A stretch of DNA of 64,000 nucleotides. Origin: Hyalangium minutum. GTDB lineage: Bacteria; Myxococcota; Myxococcia; Myxococcales; Myxococcaceae. A model generated the notes under the pieces. That model was not told the origin of the DNA. It searched no databases and was given only the letters and a program-made list of their open reading frames with translations. Where the stretch lies: the NCBI RefSeq assembly GCF_000737315.1, contig NZ_JMCB01000024.1, forward strand, positions 92,604 through 156,603, given 5' to 3'. Position numbers and translations under genes: made by a program. This document shows positions 26,187 through 34,920 of the stretch, piece after piece (the first letter of the stretch is position 1; every line of letters begins with the position of its first letter).

Positions 26187-27224
26187 ATGTTCCAGAAGAA
26201 GTTCATCCCGAGTACCGTGGCGCGGATGGAATCACAGCGCCTCGCGCCGGAGCAGCAGGCCTGGTTGGCTGAAAACCTCACGCGAGGCGTCCCTCCGGCG
26301 CTCCTGACGGAGCGTCTGGTTCAGGAGGGCGTGGAGTCCGCCACGGCACGGGCGGCGGTAGAGGCCACCCGTCATCACCCAGCGGTGGTGGCGGCCACGC
26401 GTGTCACCCAGCGGCAGGGCGAGCTGCGCGCATTGTTCGAGACGTACGCCGCGCTGCACCGCCAGTCCGGGTGGAACCAGCGCCTGGAGCGCCGGGCGGA
26501 CCTCTCCGCGAGCGAGTTCTTCGAGCGCTACTACTACGCACACCGGCCCGTCATCCTCCAGGGACGGATGAAGGACTGGCCCGCCATGGACAGCTGGCGT
26601 CCCGAGCGCTTAGCCGAGCGTTTTGGGGACATTCCGGTGGAGGTGATGGCCGGCCGGGAGAGCGATCCGAGCCACGACATCGCCCCTGAGCGCTTTCGCT
26701 CGGTGATGCCCCTGCGAGACTTCATTCAGCGGCTGCTGAGCGGCGGTCCCACCAATGATCTCTACCTCACCGCGCGCAACTTCGCCCTGGAGCGGCCGGA
26801 GCTGCGCGTCATGTTCGAGGATCTGCGCCCGCTCGAAGGGCTCTTGCGCCCAGTCCGCGACCGGACCGTGAAGCTCTGGGTGGGCCCCGCGGGGACCCTC
26901 ACCTCTCTGCATCACGATCTGTCCAACGTCCTGTTCGCCCAGGTTCACGGGCGGAAGCACTTCAAGCTCATCCCGTCCTTCGAGCTCCACTGTCTCTACA
27001 ATCACCACGGCGTCTGGAGCGAGGTGGACGCCACACGCCCCGACTTCGAGCGGTTCCCCGCCTACCGCGATGTGGATCTGGTGGAGGCCGTGCTCGAACC
27101 GGGAGAGCTGCTCTTCATCCCGGTGGGCTGGTGGCACTGGGTCCACGCTCTCGACGTGAGCGTGTCGGTGTCGTTCCAGACGTTCGAGGTTCCGGGCGGT
27201 AACACGCCCTGGCGGCTGTTGTGA
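26187..27224 (+). CDS. JmjC/cupin_8 Fe(II)/2OG hydroxylase 1
   Basis: LWVGPAGTLTSLHHD, GELLFIPVGWWHWV; RPVIL..RMKDWPA; start uncertain (26187 or 26226). Confidence 0.88.
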   Translation: MFQKKFIPSTVARMESQRLAPEQQAWLAENLTRGVPPALLTERLVQEGVESATARAAVEATRHHPAVVAATRVTQRQGELRALFETYAALHRQSGWNQRLERRADLSASEFFERYYYAHRPVILQGRMKDWPAMDSWRPERLAERFGDIPVEVMAGRESDPSHDIAPERFRSVMPLRDFIQRLLSGGPTNDLYLTARNFALERPELRVMFEDLRPLEGLLRPVRDRTVKLWVGPAGTLTSLHHDLSNVLFAQVHGRKHFKLIPSFELHCLYNHHGVWSEVDATRPDFERFPAYRDVDLVEAVLEPGELLFIPVGWWHWVHALDVSVSVSFQTFEVPGGNTPWRLL

Positions 27225-27231
27225 GCGTCCC

Positions 27232-27399
27232 TCAGCGCGCGAGCGGCGGCTTGGAGGGCGGAGCGGTCGGCTTGCGCTGGGTGCGCTCGAACGTCTCCTC
27301 GCCGGGGTTCGGCGAAGGATTCGGGACGATGAACGGATTCGGGACGATCATCCAGTTGTTCCGGCCCTGCTTCGACGACGCATCACCGTTGCTCGACAT
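27232..27399 (-). CDS. 55-aa Pro/Asn-rich peptide with IVPNP repeats (candidate substrate or precursor)
   Basis: GAGGA RBS 5 nt before ATG; MSSNGDASSKQGRNNWMIVPNPFIVPNPSPNPGEETFER...; 14-nt DNA repeat at 27317 and 27335. Confidence 0.5.
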   Translation of the reverse strand: MSSNGDASSKQGRNNWMIVPNPFIVPNPSPNPGEETFERTQRKPTAPPSKPPLAR

Positions 27400-27446
27400 G
27401 AAGTCCTCGCTTCGAAAGCCGCTCCTCCTCATATCATATCCGCGCC

Positions 27447-28487
27447 ATGCCGGTGCGTGAGTGGATCGCCGAGAACCTCGCCCTGGGCGTCCCCCGGGAG
27501 GCGTTGCTCTCCTCGCTGGTCCAGGGGGGCTTGGCGCCTGAGGTAGCGCGCGCGGAGTTGGAAGCCGCCGCGGCCCACCCCGCGGTGCGCGGGGCCTCGC
27601 GTCACCTCGCGCGCCGGGCGCACCTGAGAGCCCTCCTGGACACCTACAGCGCGCTCTACCGGCAGTCCCAAGCGGGACAGGGTGTCGAGCGCCGAGCCCA
27701 GCTCGCCCCCGCCGAGTTCTTCGAGCGCTACTACTTCCAGAATCGGCCCGTGGTCATCGAAGGACTGCTCGAGGACTGGCCAGCGCTGCGGCGCTGGTCG
27801 CCCGGGTTCTTCGCGGACCGCTTCGGAGACGCGCAGGTCGAGGTGATGGCCGGGCGGGATGCGGAGGCCCAGCCGGATCTCCACGTCTCCCGCCTGAGGA
27901 CCTCCCTGTCGATGCGCGAGTACGCCGCGCGGATCGAAGCCACCCAAGAGTCGAACGACATCTACATGGTGGCGCGTAACAGCCTGCTGAAGCGCGAGGC
28001 GTTCCAGCCCTTGCTGGAGGACATCCGAGCGCCGAAGGGCTTCATCCGTCCCGACATCCACGTCCCCGACAGCGTCCACCTGTGGTTCGGCCCGGCGGGA
28101 ACCTGGGCCGCCCTGCATCACGACCACCTCAACGTGCTCTTCTGCCAGGTGCTCGGACGCAAGCGCTTCCGGCTCATCCCCTCCTTCGAGTTGCCTCGCG
28201 CCTACAACCACCAGGGGCTGTACAGCGCCGTGGATCCCCGGACGCCGGATCCCGCACGCTTCCCCGAGTTCCAGCACGCCACGGTGCTGGACTTCGTGGT
28301 GGGCCCGGGCGATGCGCTGTTGATTCCCGTGGGGTGGTGGCATGCCGTGCACGCCCTGGATGTGAGCATCTCCGTGACGTTCGTGAGCTTTGATTTGCCC
28401 GAGCGGAACACGTACTGGCGCAACTGCTGGATCGGCCCGGACCCGGACAGCGAGGGCGCGGCCATGAGAAAGGTGGAGACTCCATGA
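27447..28487 (+). CDS. JmjC/cupin_8 Fe(II)/2OG hydroxylase 2
   Basis: LWFGPAGTWAALHHD, GDALLIPVGWWHAV. Confidence 0.88.
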   Translation: MPVREWIAENLALGVPREALLSSLVQGGLAPEVARAELEAAAAHPAVRGASRHLARRAHLRALLDTYSALYRQSQAGQGVERRAQLAPAEFFERYYFQNRPVVIEGLLEDWPALRRWSPGFFADRFGDAQVEVMAGRDAEAQPDLHVSRLRTSLSMREYAARIEATQESNDIYMVARNSLLKREAFQPLLEDIRAPKGFIRPDIHVPDSVHLWFGPAGTWAALHHDHLNVLFCQVLGRKRFRLIPSFELPRAYNHQGLYSAVDPRTPDPARFPEFQHATVLDFVVGPGDALLIPVGWWHAVHALDVSISVTFVSFDLPERNTYWRNCWIGPDPDSEGAAMRKVETP

Positions 28488-29407
28488 CCCAGGACTCGGG
28501 CAAAGACCCTTCCGCGCTCTCCGCCGAGTGGAGGGAGTGGCTCGTCGAGAACCTGCTGCTCGGGGTGGAGGCGGAGGAGCTGGTGGAGGTGTTGGTGAAG
28601 GGCGGGGTGGACGCGGAGCTGGCTCGCTCGGCCCTGCTGGCCGAGACGCAGGATCCTCACTTCCAGGGCGTCGTGCGGGTGGCCCAGATGCAGCGGAAGA
28701 TGGAGACGCTCCTGGACGTCTACGCGGAGTTCTTCCGGCAGGCGGGCGCGCACCAGCAGGTGGACCGCCACGTGGCACTGCCCGCAGAGGCTTTCTTCGA
28801 GCGCTACTACTTTCGCAACCGGCCGGTGGTGATCCAGGGCGCGCTCACGGAGTGGACGGCACGGGGCGGGTGGACACTGGCCCGCATCACCGAGCAGCTC
28901 GGCCCGGTGGCTCGCCCGGGAGAGCCCCTCTCCGTGTCCTTGCTGGAGCGCGCGGAATGGAAGCCGCTGCTGGAGGAGCTCCACCCTCCTCGCGGATACG
29001 CCGCCGAGGACCTTCAGGCCAGCGCTCCGCGGCTCTGGCTCGAGCCCGCTGGGGCAGAGCTCCCCTTGGGCCCGCTGCGGAAGAACCTGCTGCGCTGTCA
29101 GCTCTCGGGAAGGAGTGTCCTGCAGCTCGTCCCCTCGTTCGAGCTCCATCGCATCACACGGGAAGAGGCGGGGGGCAGCACCGAGCAGGAGGGAGCCGCG
29201 CCTCCCACCCCCGCGCTGCGACTGACGGTGGAACTGGCGGCGGGCGAGTTGCTGCTACTCCCCGTGGGGTGGTGGTACCGCCTCCATGCGCCGGAGGACA
29301 GCCTCGCGGTGACCTTCGAGGGGTTCGCTCTCCGTGAACCCAACACCGTCTGGAAGGAGCCTGCCTCGGAGACAGCGCCCTCGGGCCCTCCACCGAGAGT
29401 GCGCTAA
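28484..29407 (+). CDS. Degenerate JmjC paralogue lacking iron ligands
   Basis: Same N-terminal EWL.ENL domain and FFERYY..NRPVVI motif, but HxD replaced by GPL and the distal His by Tyr (GWWYRL); 4-nt overlap with JmjC2. Confidence 0.75.
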   Translation: MTQDSGKDPSALSAEWREWLVENLLLGVEAEELVEVLVKGGVDAELARSALLAETQDPHFQGVVRVAQMQRKMETLLDVYAEFFRQAGAHQQVDRHVALPAEAFFERYYFRNRPVVIQGALTEWTARGGWTLARITEQLGPVARPGEPLSVSLLERAEWKPLLEELHPPRGYAAEDLQASAPRLWLEPAGAELPLGPLRKNLLRCQLSGRSVLQLVPSFELHRITREEAGGSTEQEGAAPPTPALRLTVELAAGELLLLPVGWWYRLHAPEDSLAVTFEGFALREPNTVWKEPASETAPSGPPPRVR

Positions 29408-29545
29408 GGCTTCTTCTCGGCCTCTAGAGACGGAGCCCGGCGGGGGTCAAGGCACCCAAGCAAGCGTCGCTCCGGGGTCCCCACGCGGACATGCGTATGC
29501 CGGGCGAGCCTCTGCTTTACTGGGCACACCGCCAGGGCGACGGCT

Positions 29546-32500
29546 ATGCCCGCCCAGAGGCCCGTCATGATCACCATCCCAGGCTACACCCTTCTTGGAG
29601 CCATCAAGTCGACTGGCGCCAACCTGCTGTTCCACGCCGTCCGCGACTCGGACGGCCTGCCTCTGATCTTGAAAACCCCGGTGGCACCCTCGCCCGGCCC
29701 CCGGGAGCGCGAGCGGTACCGCCGCGAGTTCGGCATCCTGCAGCGGCTCCGGGACGTGCGGGGGGTGACCCACGTCCACACCTGCGAGCAGATCCAGGAT
29801 CGTCCAGTGCTCTTGCTCGAGGAGGTCGAGGGTGCCCCCCTGTCCGAGCACACCGGCAAGCCGCTCGAGGTGCTGCGCGCCCTGGAGCTGAGCATTGCCC
29901 TGGCCTCGACGCTCGCAGAGCTCCACCGCCGCGGCATTGTCCACAAGGACCTGAAGCCCTCCAACGTCATCCTCACGCCCAAGGGCGAGACGCGCCTCAT
30001 CGACTTCGGCAGCGCCAGCCTTCAGCTCGTGGAGCACGTGGATGCGCTACAGGGCACCCTCGTCGAGGGCACCCTGCCGTACATGTCCCCGGAGCAAACC
30101 GGGCGCATGAACCGCTCGGTGGACTACCGGACGGACCTGTACTCGCTGGGCATCACCCTCTACGAGCTGCTCACCGGCAGCCGCCCCTTCCACGGGCGCG
30201 ACGTGCTGGAGTGGTTCCACGCGCACATGGCGCTGGCGCCACAGCCGCTCACCGAGCGGGTCCCCGGCCTGCCGCCCGTGCTGTCCGCCATCGTCCTGAA
30301 GCTGCTGGCCAAGGTGGCCGAGGAGCGCTACCAGAGCGCCGAAGGACTGAAGGCCGACCTGGAGCGGTGCCAGGACACCCTGAGCCGGGGCCAGCGGGAG
30401 GACTTCCTTCCCGGACTCCACGACTACCCGACGCGCTTCCAGCTGCCGCAGCGGCTCTATGGAAGGGACGCGCAGGCCGCCACGTTGCGCCAGCGCCTCG
30501 AGCGCATCGCCGTCGAGGGCCGGCCCGAGCTGGTCCTCGTGAGCGGATACTCGGGCATCGGGAAGTCCGCGGTGGTGCATGAGCTGCACAAGCCGGTGGT
30601 GCGCCAGCGCGGCTTCTTCCTCAGCGGCAAGTTCGACCAGTTCCAGCAGGACATCCCCTACTCCACCCTGGCCCAGGCCATCCGGGGTCTGACGCAGCAA
30701 CTGCTCACGGGCACGGACTCGGAGCTCCTCCGGTGGTCGGAGTATCTGCACGAGGCCTGGGAGGGACAGGGGCAGATGTTGGTGGACATCGTGCCCCAGC
30801 TCGAGCTCGTCGCCGGCCCGCAGCCCACGCTCCCGGAGATGCCGGCCTCCGAGGCGCAAAACCGCTTCAACCGCATGTTCCGCCGGTTCCTCGGCGTCTT
30901 CGCCACCCCCGAGCACCCGCTGGTCCTCTTCCTGGACGACTTGCAGTGGGCGGACATGGCCACCCTCCAGCTGCTCCAGCACCTGCTCACCCACACCGAG
31001 ACGCCGCCCATGCTGGTGATCGGTGCCTACCGCGACAATGAGGTGAGCCCCTCACACCCGCTGGCGCTCACGCTCGTGGAGCTGCGGAAAGCCGGGGCGC
31101 GGATGACGGACCTGCGGCTGGAGCCGCTGAGCTTCGAGGACGTTCAGCAGCTCGTGGCCGACACCCTGCCCGGCGCGGGCCTGGCGGTGGTCGAGCCATT
31201 GGCGGCGCTGGCCCGGGCGAAGACAGGCGGCAACCCTTTCTTCCTCCTCCAGTTCCTGCTCACGCTCAACCAGGACGGCCTGCTGGTGCGCACGCCCGAT
31301 GGCACCTGGCGCTGGAATGCCGAGGCCGTCCGCGCCAAGGGCTACTCCGACAACGTCGTAGACTTCATGGTGGGCAAGCTGCGCCAGCTGCCCACGGACA
31401 CGCAGCACCTGCTGCGGCTGGCAGCCTGTGTGGGCAACGCCTTCCCGCTGCGCATCCTCCTCCTCATCTCCGGCTTGGAGGACTCGGGGCAGGTGGAGCA
31501 TCGGCTCGAGCCCGCGCTCCAGGAGGGCCTGGTGGCGCTCACCGGCTCGGAGAACTACCGCTTCCTCCACGACCGCATCCAGCAAGCGGCCCACGCCCTC
31601 ATTCCCCTGGAGGAGCGCAAGGCCGTGCACCTGCGCATTGGCCGCCTGCTGCTGGCCAGCCTGTCTCCCGAGGAACTCCAGGAGCGGCTCTTCGACGTGG
31701 TGGGCCAGCTCAACGCCGGAGCGGAGCTGCTGACGGACCCGGCGGAGCGCCACCGCGTCGCAGGCCTGAACGCGGGCGCGGGCGCCAAAGCCCAGGCCTC
31801 CACCGCGTTCCGCTCGGCGGCGGCCTACTTCGCGGTGGCCTTCCAGCTCATCCCCAAGGACCCTTGGGAGGTAGACCCCACGCTGGCCTTCAAGGTCCGG
31901 CTGGATCAGGCGCGTTGCGAGTCCATGCTCGGCCATGCCACCGAGGCGCTCCGTCTGGTGGAGCAGCTGCGGCCTCACGCGCGCACGCGGCTCCAGCTCT
32001 CGGCGCTCTACCGCCTCAAGAGCGAGCTCCACATGGCCCGGGGCCAGGTCCATGCCGCCCGCGACAGCCTCCTGGAGTGCCTGTCGCTGCTGGGCATGCC
32101 CATGCCCGCGCACCCCTCCTGGGAAGAGGTGGTGGCGGCCAATGAGGAAGTCTGGGCACTGATGGGCAGCCGCTCCGTCGACAGCCTGATCCATCTGCCG
32201 CGGATGAACGACCCGGACATGGACGCGGTGATGAGCGTGTTCCCCGCCATGTACGCGCCGGCGCTCCTCACGGACAACAACCTGCTCATCCTTCACGTCT
32301 GCCGGCTCGTCTCGCTCAGCCTCCGGCATGGCAACTCGGCCGCCTCCATCTACGGCTACTCCACCTATGGACTGGTGGTGGGCCACGCCTTCGGGCGCTA
32401 CCACGAAGGGTACGCCTTCGCTCAGCTCTCCCTGGCCCTCGTCGAGCGCTACGCGGATCTGGCGCCCTGCCGGCTGCAGGCGACCTACAGCTTGGGGCCC

Positions 32501-34837
32501 ATCAGCTATTGGACCCAGCCGCTCGCCCTCTCGATCGATCTGTTCCGGCAGGCCTTCCAGCAGGCGCTTCAGGCCAGCGACGTCCAGCTCGCCTGCTACT
32601 GCTGTGATCAGCTCGTCACGGTCCGCCTCTCGCTCGGGCACGAGCTGGAGGAGGTCTACCAGGAGTCCGTGGCCCGCTTGGACTTCCTGCGCAAGGTCCG
32701 CTACCAGGAGGTGCAGGACATCGTCCAGTTCACCCAGGCCTACGTCCAGCAGCTCCGGGGGCTCACCCTCTCGTTCAACACCCTGACTTGCAATGAGTTC
32801 AACGAGGAGGCCTTCGAAGCCGCGCTGACGCCCCAGAGCATGACCTTGATGACGTGCTGGTACTGGATCATCAAGATGCAGTCGCGCTTCATGTGCGGCG
32901 ACTACGAGCGGGCGCTCCAAGCGGGAGACAAGGCCGCCAGCCTGCTGTGGAGCTCCATGGGCTTCATCGAGATGGTGGACCTCCACCTCTTCCGCGCCCT
33001 GAGCCTGGCGGCCCACTTCCCTGAAATGGGCGCCGAAGCACGGGCGGCGGCCCTCGAGCAGCTCCGCAAGCACCACCGGCAGATGGCGGAGTGGGCGAGC
33101 AACTCCCCCCCGAACTTCCGCGCGCCCGAGCGGCTGGCCTTCGCGGAGCTGTCGCGCGTCGCGGGCGATGAGGACGCGGCATTGCTCGCGTACGACGAGG
33201 CGCTCCAGGCCGCCCGCGAGTACGGCTACATCCAATACGCGGCCATGGCCAGCGAGCTCGCCGCCCGCTTCTGGTTCAAGCGGCGCGTGCCCACCATTGC
33301 CGAGACCTACGCGCGCAAGGCCCTCGAGGCGTACCTGCGCTGGGGCGCGGGCGGGAAGGCGCAGCAGCTGGCCGCGCAGTGGCCTCACGTCGCCGCGTCC
33401 CCCAACGAGGGGACGGTCACCGACACGGACTCCACGCAGATTGACGCGCTCACGGTGGTGAAGGCGCAGCAGGCCATCTCCGGAGAGATTGTCCTGGAGC
33501 GGCTGGCCACCACGCTGCTGCAGGTCGCCATCGAGAACGCCGGTGCGCAGCGGGGCGCCCTGCTGCTTCCACGCGGAGGGACGCTCTCCGTCATGGCCCT
33601 CTCGGGAACCACGCCCGAGGCCCCCTCGGACGAGCACGCCCTGCCCTGGACGCTCATCTCGTACGTGCGGCGGACGCGGGAGCAGGTGCTCATCGGCGAT
33701 GCCGCGCAGCCTCATCCTTTCTCGGCGGATGAGTGGCTGGAGCGCGGGAAGATCCGCTCCGTGCTCTGCCTGCCCCTGCTGCGCCAGGGGGAGTTCCGGG
33801 GAGTGCTCTATCTGGAGAACAGCCTGGCCACCAATGCCTTCACCCCGGCGCGCAGCACGCTGCTGGGGCACATCGCCTCCCAGGCGGCCATCTCGCTGGA
33901 GAACGCGCGCCTGTATGCGGACGTCCAGCGCGCCGAGGCGGCGCTGCGGCGCGCCAATGACGACCTGGAGAAGCGGGTGGAGGAGCGGACCCGGGAGCTG
34001 AAGCAGGCCCAGACGCAGTTGGTGGAGACAGCGCGCGCGGCGGGCATGGCCGAGGTGGCCACCAGCGTGCTCCACAACGTGGGCAACGTGCTCACCAGCG
34101 CCATCGTCAACGTGCACATGATGAACGAGACGCTGGGAGCCACCCGCATGGGACGGTTGAAGCAGGTCACCGCCCTGCTCCACGAGCAGCGCCAGTCTCT
34201 GGCGGACTTCTTCACGCGAGACTCTCGCGGCACGCAGCTGCCGGAGTACCTCGAAGCCCTCACGGAGGAGCTGCAGCGCGAGCAGATGTCGCTGCAGGAA
34301 GGGCTGTCCGCGATGGGCATGCACATGGAGCACATCCGGGCCATCGTCCAGCTGCAGCAGACCTTTGCCCGCAGCACGCTCATCACCGAGGAGTGCGACC
34401 TGGCCCAGTTGGTCGAGGATGCGCTGAGCATTCAGCTGGCCGCGCTCCAGCGCCACGGCATCACCATCTCGCGCGAGCTCGACTCGCTCGCCCGGGTCCA
34501 GGTGGACAAGCACAAGGTGCTGCAGATCCTCATCAACCTGATCAGCAACGCGAAGAACGCGATGGCCCCGCGGCCGAATGGAGAGCGGCGGCTACGGGTG
34601 AAGCTGGAGGCCGTGAACAACCATGCCCGCATCCAGGTGGTGGACAACGGCATGGGCTTCACGCCCGAGGTCCACGCGCGCCTGTTCTCCCAGGGCTTCA
34701 CCACGCGCAAGGGAGGCCACGGGCTGGGCCTGCACTCGAGCGCGCTGGCGGCGCGGATGATGGGCGGGCGCCTCAGCTTGGAGAGCGCGGGGCCGGGCCA
34801 GGGCGCCACGGCCACGCTGGAGCTGCCCCTGGCCTAG
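29546..34837 (+). CDS. Hybrid Ser/Thr kinase - AAA ATPase - GAF - histidine kinase
   Basis: HKDLKPSN, IDFG, GTLPYMSPEQ; GYSGIGKS P-loop; LDDLQWAD; GAF (YLENSL); HNVGN H-box, NLISNA, DNGMG, GHGLGL. Confidence 0.93.
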   Translation: MPAQRPVMITIPGYTLLGAIKSTGANLLFHAVRDSDGLPLILKTPVAPSPGPRERERYRREFGILQRLRDVRGVTHVHTCEQIQDRPVLLLEEVEGAPLSEHTGKPLEVLRALELSIALASTLAELHRRGIVHKDLKPSNVILTPKGETRLIDFGSASLQLVEHVDALQGTLVEGTLPYMSPEQTGRMNRSVDYRTDLYSLGITLYELLTGSRPFHGRDVLEWFHAHMALAPQPLTERVPGLPPVLSAIVLKLLAKVAEERYQSAEGLKADLERCQDTLSRGQREDFLPGLHDYPTRFQLPQRLYGRDAQAATLRQRLERIAVEGRPELVLVSGYSGIGKSAVVHELHKPVVRQRGFFLSGKFDQFQQDIPYSTLAQAIRGLTQQLLTGTDSELLRWSEYLHEAWEGQGQMLVDIVPQLELVAGPQPTLPEMPASEAQNRFNRMFRRFLGVFATPEHPLVLFLDDLQWADMATLQLLQHLLTHTETPPMLVIGAYRDNEVSPSHPLALTLVELRKAGARMTDLRLEPLSFEDVQQLVADTLPGAGLAVVEPLAALARAKTGGNPFFLLQFLLTLNQDGLLVRTPDGTWRWNAEAVRAKGYSDNVVDFMVGKLRQLPTDTQHLLRLAACVGNAFPLRILLLISGLEDSGQVEHRLEPALQEGLVALTGSENYRFLHDRIQQAAHALIPLEERKAVHLRIGRLLLASLSPEELQERLFDVVGQLNAGAELLTDPAERHRVAGLNAGAGAKAQASTAFRSAAAYFAVAFQLIPKDPWEVDPTLAFKVRLDQARCESMLGHATEALRLVEQLRPHARTRLQLSALYRLKSELHMARGQVHAARDSLLECLSLLGMPMPAHPSWEEVVAANEEVWALMGSRSVDSLIHLPRMNDPDMDAVMSVFPAMYAPALLTDNNLLILHVCRLVSLSLRHGNSAASIYGYSTYGLVVGHAFGRYHEGYAFAQLSLALVERYADLAPCRLQATYSLGPISYWTQPLALSIDLFRQAFQQALQASDVQLACYCCDQLVTVRLSLGHELEEVYQESVARLDFLRKVRYQEVQDIVQFTQAYVQQLRGLTLSFNTLTCNEFNEEAFEAALTPQSMTLMTCWYWIIKMQSRFMCGDYERALQAGDKAASLLWSSMGFIEMVDLHLFRALSLAAHFPEMGAEARAAALEQLRKHHRQMAEWASNSPPNFRAPERLAFAELSRVAGDEDAALLAYDEALQAAREYGYIQYAAMASELAARFWFKRRVPTIAETYARKALEAYLRWGAGGKAQQLAAQWPHVAASPNEGTVTDTDSTQIDALTVVKAQQAISGEIVLERLATTLLQVAIENAGAQRGALLLPRGGTLSVMALSGTTPEAPSDEHALPWTLISYVRRTREQVLIGDAAQPHPFSADEWLERGKIRSVLCLPLLRQGEFRGVLYLENSLATNAFTPARSTLLGHIASQAAISLENARLYADVQRAEAALRRANDDLEKRVEERTRELKQAQTQLVETARAAGMAEVATSVLHNVGNVLTSAIVNVHMMNETLGATRMGRLKQVTALLHEQRQSLADFFTRDSRGTQLPEYLEALTEELQREQMSLQEGLSAMGMHMEHIRAIVQLQQTFARSTLITEECDLAQLVEDALSIQLAALQRHGITISRELDSLARVQVDKHKVLQILINLISNAKNAMAPRPNGERRLRVKLEAVNNHARIQVVDNGMGFTPEVHARLFSQGFTTRKGGHGLGLHSSALAARMMGGRLSLESAGPGQGATATLELPLA

Positions 34838-34852
34838 CGCCCACCCACGAAA

Positions 34853-34883
34853 ACGCCCGGGCCGCTTCTCCGGTCCCGGGCGT
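34853..34883. terminator. Probable bidirectional terminator between convergent genes
   Basis: ACGCCCGGG...CCCGGGCGT inverted repeat. Confidence 0.55.
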
Positions 34884-34920
34884 CCTTGCCACTCAGGCTC
34901 CCGTCAGGAGCCGCTCTTCA

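Noticed and set aside
27221-27460. 79-aa plus-strand ORF with GFG repeats bridging JmjC1 and JmjC2
   Set aside because: It shares third codon positions with the minus-strand peptide, so GC3 cannot separate them. I preferred the minus ORF for its RBS and less rare codon use. Not fully excluded.
31052-34513. 1153-aa minus-strand ORF (also the long ORFs 4063-6186, 7853-9700 and 9701-11110)
   Set aside because: Antisense shadows of genes with clear family motifs on the opposite strand.
29546-34837. Hybrid STK-AAA-GAF-His kinase as a novelty
   Set aside because: This architecture is well known and widespread in myxobacteria and cyanobacteria; nothing unusual was seen.
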